Assembly (NCBI GenBank): GCA_026395595.1
Contig: JAPLYL010000003.1
Coordinates: 12,136 to 76,135 of the forward strand
From: Candidatus Parcubacteria bacterium
GTDB lineage: Bacteria > Patescibacteriota > Minisyncoccia > Phycocordibacterales > CAIJYI01
Length of the DNA stretch: 64,000 nucleotides
Direction: 5' to 3'
Below are positions 25,656 through 36,309 of this stretch, piece after piece (position 1 is the stretch's first letter; each line of letters begins with the position of its first letter). The notes under the pieces were generated by a model. The model ran no database searches and had not been told where the DNA came from. It worked only from the letters and a program-made list of their open reading frames with translations. The position numbers and the translations under genes were made by a program.

Positions 25656-27257
25656 ATGTTAGATGGTGATAAAAAAGAAATCGCGCTTATCTACTGTCGA
25701 GTTTCTTCTGAACGGCAAAAAAATGATGGTCATGGTCTTGATGGGCAGGAACATCGTTGCCGGATCCATGCGGAAGATCAAGGGTATGAAGTTGAAAAAA
25801 TTTTCAGAGATAGTTTCAGTGGGGCGGGAGATTTTATGCAACGTCCCGCGATGGCAGAAATGATAAACTACATGGATAAGAACGCACATAAAAAGTATGT
25901 GGTGATTTTTGACGACCTTTCTCGTTTTGCCAGAGATACAGTATTTCATCTCAAACTGGCGTCGGCGTTTAAGGTGCGCGGGGCGCGACGCGAATGTCTC
26001 AATTTTAACTTTGATGATTCTCCGGAAGGGGAATTTGCTGAAACGATCGTAGCCGCTTCAAACGCTCTTGACCGGCAGAAAAACCGTCGTCAGGTTATCC
26101 AGAAGCAAAAAGCGCGTCTAGAAAAAGGATACTGGCCATTCTTCCCGCCACCGGGATATAAGCATATAAAAGATCCGGTTCACGGAAAACTTTTGACCCC
26201 GGAGGAACCCAAGGCAAGTATCATAAGGGAGGCGTTTGAAGGCTTTGCCAATGGACGTTTTTTGACACAAACAGACGTTATGAAGTTTCTCAGGGAAAAA
26301 GATTTTTGTGACGGAAAACCAACGCATCTTTTTTATGTAAAAAGATTGCTGGTTCGAGCCGTTTATTCAGGATACATAGAGTATCCCGACTGGGGCGTTT
26401 CGAGAATGCTCGGACATCATAAACCAATTGTTGATCCGGAAGTATGGGGACAAGTTCAGAAAAAACTCTCGGAAAAAGCCCCGATACGGACGAGAAAGGA
26501 CTATAGCTGTATCTTATCTCTTCGCGGATATGCTTGTTGTGCTTATTGCGGTGAACCAATGACAGGAAGCGAGAGCACGGGACGGCACGGAAATAAATTC
26601 GCTTACTATCGTTGTCGAAACAGAAATTGCTCGCATCGAACCAAAAGCATAAAGAAAAAAGACCTTGAGGATGAATTCTGCCGGATTCTTGGTAATACAC
26701 AACCGAAAAAGAATATCATCACATTAGCAAGGGCGATCATCGAAGATGTTTATTCGAAAAGACAAAATTCCTCTGGTGAGCTGTTCAGTCGAACGGAAAA
26801 ACAGATCGCAAAGATTGACGAAGAAATGAAGGCTCTCGGCTTACTGGCAGGGAGGTCGAAAAAAGAAAGCGCCATCACTTTGTACGAAGAGCAGATCGAC
26901 GATTTAAGCAAAAAGAAAAAGGAACTGGAGAAAAAGAGAGACTCTACGGCTTCCGGTCCTGTGAGTGTTGGAACCGCTTTTGACGAAGTGATGAAATATC
27001 TGAATGATCCAGTAAATATGTGGGTTAATGGTGATCCAAACGACAAAAGACGAGTGCAAGCACTCGTCTTTGAGGAAAACTTCGTATACGATCGGAAAAA
27101 CGGTGTTGGAACCGCCAAAGTGTCAGTCCTGTACGAGTTTTTTGAGCGAACTCGCGACCGCGAGTTGCAGGATGTGGAGATGGGGGGAATCGAACCCCCG
27201 TGCAAAAAGGAACTCTCGTTACTTTGTACAAACGTATTCTGTTTATTTTTTGTTTGA
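25656..27257 (+). CDS. large serine recombinase (resolvase/invertase catalytic domain, recombinase domain, zinc ribbon, coiled coil)
   Basis: N-terminus ALIYCRVSSERQKNDGHGLDGQ holds the catalytic Ser motif. Zn ribbon CCAYCGEPMTGS...YYRCRNRNC. C-terminal codons run into the tRNA-like repeat. Confidence 0.9.
   Translation: MLDGDKKEIALIYCRVSSERQKNDGHGLDGQEHRCRIHAEDQGYEVEKIFRDSFSGAGDFMQRPAMAEMINYMDKNAHKKYVVIFDDLSRFARDTVFHLKLASAFKVRGARRECLNFNFDDSPEGEFAETIVAASNALDRQKNRRQVIQKQKARLEKGYWPFFPPPGYKHIKDPVHGKLLTPEEPKASIIREAFEGFANGRFLTQTDVMKFLREKDFCDGKPTHLFYVKRLLVRAVYSGYIEYPDWGVSRMLGHHKPIVDPEVWGQVQKKLSEKAPIRTRKDYSCILSLRGYACCAYCGEPMTGSESTGRHGNKFAYYRCRNRNCSHRTKSIKKKDLEDEFCRILGNTQPKKNIITLARAIIEDVYSKRQNSSGELFSRTEKQIAKIDEEMKALGLLAGRSKKESAITLYEEQIDDLSKKKKELEKKRDSTASGPVSVGTAFDEVMKYLNDPVNMWVNGDPNDKRRVQALVFEENFVYDRKNGVGTAKVSVLYEFFERTRDRELQDVEMGGIEPPCKKELSLLCTNVFCLFFV
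27172..27200 (-). other. tRNA 3'-fragment-like sequence (T-arm GGGGGTTCGATTCCCCC plus acceptor 3' strand), no 5' half
   Basis: Minus strand reads gggggttcgattccccccatctccaca. No complementary 5' acceptor strand within 100 nt. Equals the right inverted repeat of the 17770-27200 segment. Confidence 0.55.
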
Positions 27258-27686
27258 GCTTGAAAAGTTTGAAACAGACAAAATCTTTACAAGCCGAGCT
27301 TCCTTTATTTTGAAAATACGCCAAAACGCTCATATTTTCTATCCTGAAGTTTATTACACTGATATTTTCCTAACAGGATTCAGAATATATCAATGCCGAA
27401 TTTACGCTAAAGCGAATTCCGGAGCAAAGGAGAAATATGGTGAAACCATACCCTTTACTTTTGAAGATAAGTTTGCACTTATTCTTTTTTCCTGCACACG
27501 ATAACGGACGAGCAGGAGTAGCCGGTTTGAGTAAACGAGAGAGCGGCTTATTGTCTAGGCCGATCATCCCCATATATTTGTCTTTCAAAGGACTCCTCTA
27601 TTATACTCCAATGCCTTGGTACTTGTCAAATATCATTTTGCGTGCTACTCTCATCTCGGATAAGTTATTTGAAGAGGGAAAAAAGA

Positions 27687-28646
27687 ATGAATAAAGATGA
27701 AAATTTGATACGGAAACTTCTTGCTCTCAACGACGAACGAAGCAAAGAATTTGCAAGGCTGGAGCTGGAAAGAAAATGTTGGACAGATATCCGTCCGACA
27801 AAAATAATTGTTTTTGAGTGCATGGACGGCAGGGTAAATTTTCCGCTTTCGGTCGGATTGCCATTTGGAATAGTTTCTTCATTCAGAAGCATGGGTGGAA
27901 TCTTTGATCTCGGTATTCCGTACTTTGCAAAAACTTTGAACACCATCGTTCGGAAATCATTAGCGGAAGGTCGTGACGGTCTTTTGATTGTGACCTATCA
28001 CTTTTCAAAAGGGGATAAACATAACGGATGTAAGGGTCATAATTATGACACCGATTCGGCGAAGCTGAGTGCAGAAAAATTTTGCGCGGAATTGAAAGAA
28101 GTTTTTGCGAAGGGTAAAGTATATCCTATCGTTCTTGGCATTGAAACTGACGAAGATCGTTTTATTGTTGAAAGTTCTTTTTTGGAAAAACTTCCGAAAA
28201 CAGTGCGAAAAGATTTGGATTATCTTTTGTCGGAAAATGTGAAGCGTGCGAATAAACTTATTCGCACCGAAAAAGAAAAACAGCATGGTGAAAATATCGT
28301 TGCCGTCGGTACTGGTTTTGATTGGTTTCATTCTTACAATCAGTCTCTTATTATTGGCCCGTGGCATTATGATCTGAATGCTTCGGTTGTAACCGCGGCG
28401 AATATAGTCCTATTTAATTTGAAAGAGAAACGAATTTCTGAAAGCGATGGTTTGTTTCTTTTGTGCGGAGCGGTTCCATCCGGCAGCAGCGCGATTGAAT
28501 TGTCTTTTGCAAAAAAAGAAGCAAAAGCTCTTTCCGGACATTGCGTGAAGATACTTGAAACTTCCGTACCGGAAATTATTCCGCATCTCCATGTTCTTGC
28601 GGGAATAACCAATCCGAAAACAAGAAAATTTTTACCCGTATTATAA
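27687..28646 (+). CDS. hypothetical protein with Cys/His motifs faintly reminiscent of beta-carbonic-anhydrase (CMDGR...HNGCKGH)
   Basis: ATG at 27687 (GTG at 27642 in the ORF track); FECMDGRV and DKHNGCKGH motifs. Confidence 0.4.
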   Translation: MNKDENLIRKLLALNDERSKEFARLELERKCWTDIRPTKIIVFECMDGRVNFPLSVGLPFGIVSSFRSMGGIFDLGIPYFAKTLNTIVRKSLAEGRDGLLIVTYHFSKGDKHNGCKGHNYDTDSAKLSAEKFCAELKEVFAKGKVYPIVLGIETDEDRFIVESSFLEKLPKTVRKDLDYLLSENVKRANKLIRTEKEKQHGENIVAVGTGFDWFHSYNQSLIIGPWHYDLNASVVTAANIVLFNLKEKRISESDGLFLLCGAVPSGSSAIELSFAKKEAKALSGHCVKILETSVPEIIPHLHVLAGITNPKTRKFLPVL

Positions 28647-28814
28647 AGAAGTATCGCAATCCCTCTCACTTTATTGTGGGAGGGATTTTACTATAGATGA
28701 ATTTGACAAAATTCCTTTTGAAATTGCTTGACAACTTTAATACAAAATGTATCATTACTCCGATTTGGGAAATTCCCCAAAGAGTTCTATGACAATTAAA
28801 TAGAGGTTTAAAGT

Positions 28815-30632
28815 ATGGAAATTATTTCAGGATTACTGGGCTATTGGTGGGTTATCCCTATCATTTTGGCTATTGTATGCTGGAAACAGATCGTCTTGTT
28901 GTTTTTTGGGATGAAAATCATTCCGGAAAACCATATGGGTAAAGTGAATAAAAAATTCGTATTATTTGGTAATAACAGAACATTGCCGGACGGTAAAATC
29001 ATCGCTTTAAACGGTGAAGCCGGTGACCAAGCAGACACCCTTGCTCCGGGTCTCTATTGGGGATACTGGGTATGGCAATATGATGTTAAGGTTGAACCCT
29101 TTACTCATATTGAAAAAGGGTATGTCGGATGCGTTGTTGCTCGCGATGGTACTCCTATCGTTGGCGGACGCGTTCTTGGTAAAAGTGTGAAGTGTGATGC
29201 TTTCCAGGATGCTCGTGCTTTTTTGAACAAAGGCGGCGAACGCGGACCGCAACTGGATTGCATACCTCCCGGCGACTGGCGTATCAACACTTCGTTGTTC
29301 ACCATCAATCCAGAAAGGGCTTATGTTGTTGCTGATAATAAAGTCGGATTAGTTACCACAAAAGACGGTAAAGCTCTTCCTGAGGGTGAAATTGCCGGTA
29401 AAGTAATTAATGGGCATAACGGCTTCCAAGACGGACAAGTATTTATAGACAATGGTGGATTTAAAGGGCCGCAAGAACAAGTGATTCTTGCCGGGCTTTA
29501 TTATCTTAACCCTTGGTTTGCTACCGTCAAAGAAGTGGATCTGACCGAAGTGGAAATGGCTCACGTAGGTGTTGTTGTTTCTTTTGTCGGTGAAAAAGGC
29601 GAAGACGTTACTGGTGATGAATTTAAACACGGGAATTTGGTAAAACGCGGTTTCCGCGGAGTCTGGGTTGATTCTTATGATCCGGGCAGATATCCAATCA
29701 ACCCACTGACGCATCGTGTCGAACAAGTTTCAACGGCAAACATTGTTCTGAACTGGGCAACCGGTAAAAATGAATCGCATAATTTGGACAAAAATTTGTC
29801 TACGATTATGGTACGGTCTTCTGACGGTTTTAAGTTTCCTCTTGACGTAAGTCAGATCATTCATATTCCGCGCGCTGATGCTCCAAAAGTAATTGCTCGT
29901 TTTGGTAGTGTCGCAAACTTGGTTACTCAAGTGCTTGAACCAACCATCGGCAACTATTTTCGTAACGCGGCACAAAGCTCAGATGCTCTCGCTTTCTTGA
30001 AGGAGCGTGAAAAACGGCAATCAGATGCTCGGCAGAAAATTGCTGAGGCTCTTCGCGAGTACAATGTGGTGGCTGTTGACACTTTGATTGGTGATATCGT
30101 TCCTCCTGACGAGTTGATGAAAACTCTGACAGATCGTAAGATTGCGGAGCAAGAACAAATCACTTTTAAAACACAACAAGAAGCACAAGACGTTCGTAAA
30201 GAGTATATGCAAGCCCAAGCAATTGCTGATACGCAAGCAAACGTTGTGGCGTCTCAACGAAAAGTTGAGATTGCAAAATTTGACGCTGATTCAGCTGTCA
30301 AAAAAGCGGAAGGCGAAGCAAAAGCTAAAATCATCAATGCTGAAGCCGATGCGAACGTATTGCAAGTTGTCGGTAACGCTGAGGCTGTCAAAATCACTGC
30401 CGTCGGTACCGCCGAAGCGGAAGTTATCAAATTGAAAACCTCTGCAGTCGGTCAAACCAACTACGCGGTCATTGAAGTCGGTCGTGCATTGGCAGAACAC
30501 GGTATCAAACTGGTTCCTGAAATTGTCGCAGGTGGCAATGGCAGTGGTGGCGGAACAATTGTTGATGTTCTCGTCGCTCAAATGCTTAAAGATCGTCTAC
30601 ATAAAACGTCAAACGAAACCCTTACCGAATAA
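28815..30632 (+). CDS. flotillin-like SPFH/band-7 protein
   Basis: N-terminal TM, SPFH-like core, C-terminal Ala/Glu-rich coiled-coil repeats (AEGEAKAKIINAEADANVLQVVGNAEAVKITAVGTAEAEV). Confidence 0.75.
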   Translation: MEIISGLLGYWWVIPIILAIVCWKQIVLLFFGMKIIPENHMGKVNKKFVLFGNNRTLPDGKIIALNGEAGDQADTLAPGLYWGYWVWQYDVKVEPFTHIEKGYVGCVVARDGTPIVGGRVLGKSVKCDAFQDARAFLNKGGERGPQLDCIPPGDWRINTSLFTINPERAYVVADNKVGLVTTKDGKALPEGEIAGKVINGHNGFQDGQVFIDNGGFKGPQEQVILAGLYYLNPWFATVKEVDLTEVEMAHVGVVVSFVGEKGEDVTGDEFKHGNLVKRGFRGVWVDSYDPGRYPINPLTHRVEQVSTANIVLNWATGKNESHNLDKNLSTIMVRSSDGFKFPLDVSQIIHIPRADAPKVIARFGSVANLVTQVLEPTIGNYFRNAAQSSDALAFLKEREKRQSDARQKIAEALREYNVVAVDTLIGDIVPPDELMKTLTDRKIAEQEQITFKTQQEAQDVRKEYMQAQAIADTQANVVASQRKVEIAKFDADSAVKKAEGEAKAKIINAEADANVLQVVGNAEAVKITAVGTAEAEVIKLKTSAVGQTNYAVIEVGRALAEHGIKLVPEIVAGGNGSGGGTIVDVLVAQMLKDRLHKTSNETLTE

Positions 30633-30663
30633 TTCGGTAAAATAGTTCTTTAGAGAGTCACAC

Positions 30664-30694
30664 AAACGCCCCGAGCAATCGGGGCGTTCTTTTA
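30664..30694 (+). terminator. rho-independent terminator
   Basis: acgccccgagcaatcggggcgt followed by tctttt. Confidence 0.6.
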
Positions 30695-31132
30695 TATATG
30701 ATATTCTCTCGCCAGATCTCTTTCCGTATCTCTTTTTTTTATCGTCTCGCGTTTGTCGTATTTTTTCTTTCCTCGGACGACAGCAATCTCAACTTTTATT
30801 TTTCTCCCTTTTTGATACAGAGAAACAGGAACGATGGTCAATCCTTTCTTTCCTTCAATCTGTGCGAGGTCAATGAGTTCTTTTTTGGTGAGCAGTAATT
30901 TGCGATTCCGGTCGGGTTCATATCCTTTCGGCGTGTTTTGCGGTTGATAGGCGGGAATACTGGCACCGATCAAAAAGGCTTCGCTTCCTCGGACGAGCAC
31001 GCGCGCACCATCAAGATGCCCGTGTTTGGCTTTTACGGACTTCACTTCAAGACCGAGCAATTCAATGCCGGCCTCAAACTTTTCCAGTATTTCGTAGTCA
31101 AAAGAGACTTTTTTATTAAATATGAGGGACAC
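30692..31132 (-). CDS. smpB: SsrA-binding protein SmpB
   Basis: FDYEILEKFEAGIELLGLEVKSVK...GKKGLTIVPVSLYQKGRKIKVEIAVVRGKKKYDKRE. Confidence 0.9.
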   Translation of the reverse strand: MSLIFNKKVSFDYEILEKFEAGIELLGLEVKSVKAKHGHLDGARVLVRGSEAFLIGASIPAYQPQNTPKGYEPDRNRKLLLTKKELIDLAQIEGKKGLTIVPVSLYQKGRKIKVEIAVVRGKKKYDKRETIKKRDTERDLAREYHI

Positions 31133-31207
31133 GTCATAAGTATATCAGGGAAAAGGATAGTTGACAAATAATATATCATGAGCTAATATATAGAAAGGTT
31201 CCGTTGC

Positions 31208-31438
31208 TTGCGAGTGACGGAGAATGTGTTGTTTTTACAGAGGAGAGACTTTATGAGATTATCTCATGAACCCCAAGATACATCAGATCCCTATTTGCTG
31301 GCCGGTGTAATCGAATTGCATCAAAAACAAGAATTTTCGCATCCCATTACCGTTACGGCCTCCGCCGCAAAAGTTTTGGAAAAAGAAGGGTGGCATGTGA
31401 TTTCTGACTCCGACCTCGGTGCCGGCGGTGAAATTTAA
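31208..31438 (+). CDS. hypothetical small protein
   Basis: 76-aa ORF; terminator hairpin at 31450-31486 follows. Confidence 0.3.
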   Translation: MRVTENVLFLQRRDFMRLSHEPQDTSDPYLLAGVIELHQKQEFSHPITVTASAAKVLEKEGWHVISDSDLGAGGEI

Positions 31439-31517
31439 TTGAAGGGCAAGCCCCGCGAACGCAAAACGTTTTCGCGGGGCTTTTTTGTTTCGCATTTTGT
31501 GTTATGATGGATTTTAT

Positions 31518-33461
31518 ATGAAAGAACAAGAACCAGACAAAAAATTAAAAAATGATACAAAAGGAGGAGAAAAGAATGGTAAAATGAAAATGCCGGAAAT
31601 GAATCCGAAACAGCAATTTTTCACGAATATCGCCAGTTCGCTCCTTATCTTTTTAGTGATTATCACTCTCTACTCGTATTTCACTACGGAGCAAACGAAG
31701 AAACCGAAAGAAATTTCTGTTTCGGAATTAGTCTCTCTGGTTAAAAAAGGGGAAGTTTCTGCTATTTCTGTTGACGGAGAAAAGTTGAGCATTGACCTCA
31801 AAGACAAAACACAAAAAGAAGCGAAGAAAGAAACCGAAGATTCTCTTTCTCAAACGCTTCTCAATTACGGCGTTACGCAAGATCAGCTTTCCGCGACAAA
31901 AATAAAAGTGGTGGAACCGACCGGTTTTTGGTTTTGGTTTTTGAATCTCGCTCCGATACTTATTCCTGTCATTTTTATTCTTCTTTTCTTCTGGATTATT
32001 ACGAGGCAGGTGAAAGGCGCCGGCGTGCAGGCGTTTACCTTCGGCCAATCCAAAGCGCGCATTATTGATCCCGATGATACGAATCAGATTGTCACTTTCA
32101 AAGATGTCGCCGGAGTAAAAGAAGCCAAAGAAGAACTTTCCGAAATCGTAGATTTTTTGAAAAATCCCAAAAAATTCTTGGACATCGGAGCGCGCATTCC
32201 GAAAGGAGTGATTCTTATGGGAGCGCCGGGAACAGGAAAGACTCTGTTGGCTCGTGCCGTCGCGGGAGAAGCGCATGTGCCGTTCTTCCATCTTTCCGGT
32301 TCGGAATTTGTGGAAATGTTTGTCGGTGTTGGAGCTTCCCGCGTTCGCGATTTATTCAAGATGGCGAAAAAAGCCGCGCCCGCGATAATTTTCATTGATG
32401 AAATAGATGCCGTCGGACGGATTAGAGGAACCGGCGTCGGAGGAGGAAATGACGAACGCGAACAAACACTCAATCAGATACTCGTAGAAATGGACGGTTT
32501 TGAACCGAACGAAAAAGTCATCATTATTGCGGCCACAAACCGTCCTGATGTTTTGGATCCCGCCCTGCTTCGCCCCGGACGTTTTGACCGACGAGTTACT
32601 TTAGATTTGCCCGACTTAGAAGACCGTCAAGAGATCTTGAAAATTTACGCGAACAAAAAACCGTTTGCCGAAGATGTGAATCTGCGAACTATTGCCGAAA
32701 GAACCCCGGGGTTTTCCGGCGCCGACCTGTATTCTCTCATGAATGAAGGCGCTATTCTCGCCGCCCGCGAAGGACGGAAAAAGGTGGCGCAGTTTGATCT
32801 CGTCCGTTCCATAGAAAAAGTCATGCTGGGGCCCGAACGACGAAGCCATATTCTTTCCAAAGATGAAAAGAAAATTACCGCGTACCACGAAGTAGGACAC
32901 GCGCTCGTCGCTTCTGTTCTCAAGTATTCCGACCCGGTTCACAAAGTTTCCATTATTTCTCGCGGACATGCCGCCGGTTACACTTTGACGCTTCCTCTGG
33001 AAGAAAGAAAACTTCAGAGCAAAAAAGAATTTCTTGATGATATTGCGAAAATGCTCGGCGGATATGCGGCGGAAAGAATTGCCTTCGGTGATATTACGAC
33101 CGGCCCGTCTAACGATTTACAGGTAGCCACTTCTCTCGCGCGAAGCATGGTGACGAGATGGGGAATGTCCGACAAAATCGGCCCGGTGGCATTGGAAGAT
33201 CCGTCAGGAAAGATCATTTACGGAAGGGGAATTGGAGAGAAAGAATACTCTGAACAAGTTTTCGCTTTAGTTGACGCCGAAGTGTCGCTCATTATGAACG
33301 AAGGACTGGCAAGAGCCAATGAAGTACTTGCCACTCACCGAAAAGCGCTTGATCTTATTTCAGAAGAGCTCATCCGAGTAGAAACGATAGAACATACTGA
33401 ATTTGATACTCTCTTGGTTGCAAACGGAATTATTCCCAAGAAAAAAACAGAAGAAGTTTAA
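31518..33461 (+). CDS. ftsH: ATP-dependent zinc metalloprotease FtsH (ATG at 31518; ORF track TTG at 31485)
   Basis: N-terminal TM pair, AAA Walker [24 protein letters not shown], zinc motif HEVGHAL. Confidence 0.9.
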   Translation: MKEQEPDKKLKNDTKGGEKNGKMKMPEMNPKQQFFTNIASSLLIFLVIITLYSYFTTEQTKKPKEISVSELVSLVKKGEVSAISVDGEKLSIDLKDKTQKEAKKETEDSLSQTLLNYGVTQDQLSATKIKVVEPTGFWFWFLNLAPILIPVIFILLFFWIITRQVKGAGVQAFTFGQSKARIIDPDDTNQIVTFKDVAGVKEAKEELSEIVDFLKNPKKFLDIGARIPKGVILMGAPGTGKTLLARAVAGEAHVPFFHLSGSEFVEMFVGVGASRVRDLFKMAKKAAPAIIFIDEIDAVGRIRGTGVGGGNDEREQTLNQILVEMDGFEPNEKVIIIAATNRPDVLDPALLRPGRFDRRVTLDLPDLEDRQEILKIYANKKPFAEDVNLRTIAERTPGFSGADLYSLMNEGAILAAREGRKKVAQFDLVRSIEKVMLGPERRSHILSKDEKKITAYHEVGHALVASVLKYSDPVHKVSIISRGHAAGYTLTLPLEERKLQSKKEFLDDIAKMLGGYAAERIAFGDITTGPSNDLQVATSLARSMVTRWGMSDKIGPVALEDPSGKIIYGRGIGEKEYSEQVFALVDAEVSLIMNEGLARANEVLATHRKALDLISEELIRVETIEHTEFDTLLVANGIIPKKKTEEV

Positions 33462-33592
33462 TAGAAAGATAAAAAATAGTAAAATAGAAAAACTCTGACG
33501 ACCGTCATTATGTTTTTCTATTTTACTATTTTTACTTTTTTGACAAATATGGTGTAAAAACGTATTCTCTATCCCAGATATATGATTGTTCC

Positions 33593-33940
33593 TTGGAGGT
33601 TTTAATGTCTGATTTATATCTATACCACTCCCGCGCCGGATTTTGTCATCTGAAATACCGCGCCACCGGGCACGTTTGGGGCTGGTTTACTCCCGAATGT
33701 TTACCTATCGCGACCCACTTTATCGCTTATTCTGAAGGCGGACTCGTTTTTGCGGTTCCGTATTCCGTATTTTGCGAAGGAAAAATCTGCATTTACGCCG
33801 AAACCTATTGCCTCGGACAAAAAACCGGCACCGGAAAAATTTCCGAAGCTCATAACTGGGAAGAACGGCTGGCACATCACGGTCTTTCCGCTGAATTGAT
33901 AGGAAGAATAAGCGGGTTCTTAAAAACAGCAGAACTCTAA
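33593..33940 (+). CDS. hypothetical protein
   Basis: 115-aa ORF downstream of a TTGACA-N17-TATTCT promoter-like site; terminator hairpin at 33948-33975. Confidence 0.4.
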   Translation: MEVLMSDLYLYHSRAGFCHLKYRATGHVWGWFTPECLPIATHFIAYSEGGLVFAVPYSVFCEGKICIYAETYCLGQKTGTGKISEAHNWEERLAHHGLSAELIGRISGFLKTAEL

Positions 33941-34180
33941 AATAACCATAGCCCCGCAATGCGGGGCTATTTTTAGAGAATCCCTTGACTATTCCAACCG
34001 TTTTGCTATTATGACTAACACCTCTATCGCTCGTAGGCGTATTTTTTTATAGCGCTTTTTGCGGTAAATAGATGTAATTTATTAATTATTAGCTTAAGTC
34101 ATTATTTATTAACGGTCAGGGTTAAGTTGATCAAATCTTAAGAGCTTAACTTTGACCGGTAAATAATAAAAAATAATACT

Positions 34181-35377
34181 ATGGCAGCAGAAGAATTCAA
34201 AAGAGACAAACCGCATGTGAATGTGGGAACCATCGGTCACGTTGACCACGGCAAGACTACTCTTACCGCGGCTATTCTCCATGTCCTCAATATGGCAGGA
34301 AAGACCGTTAAAATGAAAAGCGTTGACCAAATAGACTCAGCGCCGGAAGAAAAAGCTCGTGGAATCACGATTGCTCTTTCTCACAATGAATACGCAACCG
34401 ATACGCGCCACTACGCGCACATTGATGCTCCGGGACATGCCGACTATATTAAGAACATGATCACCGGTGCCGCTCAGATGGACGGCGCAATCCTCGTCGT
34501 TGCCGCAACTGACGGCGCAATGCCTCAGACTCGCGAACACATCTTGCTCGCGCGCCAGGTTGGAGTACCGAAAATGTTGGTATTCTTGAACAAATGCGAC
34601 ATGGTTGAAGATCCTGACTTGATTGAACTCGTTGAAGAAGAAGTTCGCGAGCTCCTCACGAAACAAGGATATGACGGCGCAAACGCCCCGGTTATCCGTG
34701 GTTCGGCCCTGAAAGCACTTGAGGCAAAAACTCTTGATGATCCGTACGCAAAAGCTATTTTGCAGCTTACCGATGCTTTGGATTCCTACATTCCGGTTCC
34801 TGAGCGCCAGACCGACAAGCCGTTCCTTATGCCGGTTGAAGACATCTTCACCATTGAAGGACGCGGAACCGTTGCTACCGGACGTATTGAAAGAGGCGTC
34901 ATCAAAGTCGGACAAGAAATTGAGATCGTTGGTTTGAAACCGACCGTCAAAACTACTGTTACTGGTATTGAAATGTTCAACAAGTCCCTCCAAGAAGGTA
35001 TGGCTGGAGACAACGCCGGAGTTCTCCTCCGCGGTGTTAAAAAAGAAGACGTTACCAGAGGACAAGTCCTCGCAGCTACCGGTTCCGTTACTCCTCACAC
35101 GGAGTTCACCGGAGAAGTCTACATTCTTTCAAAAGAAGAAGGAGGCCGTCACACTCCGTTCTTCACGGGCTACAAACCTCAGTTCTATATCCGAACCACT
35201 GACGTTACCGGAGAGGTAACCTTGGCAGAAGGCGTAGAAATGGTTATGCCGGGAGATACCGTTACTTTCAAAGTAAAGCTCATCATGCCGGTCGCTCTTG
35301 AAGAGAAAATGCGTTTCGCCGTCCGCGAAGGAGGACGAACCGTCGGATCAGGCGTTGTTACTTCAATCATTGCGTAA
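34181..35377 (+). CDS. tuf: elongation factor Tu
   Basis: [14 protein letters not shown] and DCPGHADY-type G motifs ([26 protein letters not shown]). Confidence 0.95.
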   Translation: MAAEEFKRDKPHVNVGTIGHVDHGKTTLTAAILHVLNMAGKTVKMKSVDQIDSAPEEKARGITIALSHNEYATDTRHYAHIDAPGHADYIKNMITGAAQMDGAILVVAATDGAMPQTREHILLARQVGVPKMLVFLNKCDMVEDPDLIELVEEEVRELLTKQGYDGANAPVIRGSALKALEAKTLDDPYAKAILQLTDALDSYIPVPERQTDKPFLMPVEDIFTIEGRGTVATGRIERGVIKVGQEIEIVGLKPTVKTTVTGIEMFNKSLQEGMAGDNAGVLLRGVKKEDVTRGQVLAATGSVTPHTEFTGEVYILSKEEGGRHTPFFTGYKPQFYIRTTDVTGEVTLAEGVEMVMPGDTVTFKVKLIMPVALEEKMRFAVREGGRTVGSGVVTSIIA

Positions 35378-35397
35378 CTCGGTGATCCGAAAAGCGC

Positions 35398-35841
35398 TTG
35401 AGCGCTCATAAAAAAATGCCTACAAAAACTACTACCACAAAAACACCGGCAAAAACGGTAAAAGCCCCCGCAAAAACCGCGGCTGTCAAAACGACGGCCG
35501 CTCCGAAAGCGGTCGCGAAACCGAAGACCGACGAGTTTCAGAAGCTCCGTATCCGCGTTCGCGCCTACGAGCACAAGATCCTTGATGCTTCCGTAAAGCA
35601 GATCATTGATACGGCATTGCGTTATGATGCCAAAGTGATCGGTCCCGTACCGTTGCCTGCCGAGATCAAAAAGTATACCGTCAACCGTTCCACGTTCGTT
35701 CACAAAGATGCTCGCGAGCAATTTGAAATGCGAATCCATAAACGATTGATCGATATAGTGAGCCCGAACGCGAAAGTGATCGAGGCCCTCACTAATCTAT
35801 CTCTTCCGTCAGGAGTGAGCATAGATGTCAAAATGATCTAA
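35398..35841 (+). CDS. rpsJ: 30S ribosomal protein S10 with ~46-aa Lys/Ala/Thr-rich N-terminal extension
   Basis: Core QKLRIRVRAYEHKILDASVKQIIDTA... aligns to S10; preceded by AKTVKAPAKTAAVKTTAAPKAVAKPK low-complexity extension. Confidence 0.85.
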   Translation: MSAHKKMPTKTTTTKTPAKTVKAPAKTAAVKTTAAPKAVAKPKTDEFQKLRIRVRAYEHKILDASVKQIIDTALRYDAKVIGPVPLPAEIKKYTVNRSTFVHKDAREQFEMRIHKRLIDIVSPNAKVIEALTNLSLPSGVSIDVKMI

Positions 35842-36309
35842 TCCATTCCAAAAGGAATGAACAAAAACACACGACAAAGGTCGTGTGTTTTTGTTTGCGT
35901 ATCATTTTCGTGACGTCGCGGAAACGATACGCCTTCCGTCGCCGGTTCGGGGTTGTACCCCGAACCGAAACGTTTGGATAAAACACAGAACTCGAGTATC
36001 TCAAATGTTTCGGATAGAGATAAAACTTCCGTCCTGCGGATATAAATTGTTTACTCCCGATTCTTGCGAATCGGGAGCGAGCCGTGAGGCCATTTGTGTT
36101 TAGTATAAACTATTTTCTCCCACTCGTCATCCCGGGCCACGACCCGGGATCCAGGAGTTGATGACAAAATCGTCACTTCACTAAAAAGTGAAGCTCAGTG
36201 GGAAATCCCAAAAATCTTTACTTCCCGAAGGAAGGGTGTCCTTGGTGGACATTTGCATATAATAATACTCTTTTTTGGTAATTTGTCATAATCCTGATAC
36301 AATTTTACT

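Larger units (their letters stand above)
17770..27200. mobile_element. candidate invertible/mobile segment (~9.4 kb) bounded by inverted tRNA-like repeats, with a large serine recombinase at its right end
   Basis: Plus-strand 17770-17815 reads TTCGATTCCCC[25-nt hairpin insert]CCATCTCCAC, which equals the reverse complement of 27174-27199 (GTGGAGATGGGGGGAATCGAA). Cargo is vsr remnant, GHKL/HK, REC-like, dcm, iteron-like array and recombinase. Confidence 0.5.

Noticed and set aside
27172-27260. tmRNA or complete tRNA gene on the minus strand near the recombinase stop (smpB is in the window)
   Set aside because: Only a T-arm plus 3' acceptor strand is present. No complementary 5' acceptor (ggagatg), D-arm or tag-peptide frame within 400 nt.
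34337-35739. Long minus-strand ORFs (253 aa and 184 aa) antisense to tuf/rpsJ
   Set aside because: Shadow ORFs opposite highly conserved genes.
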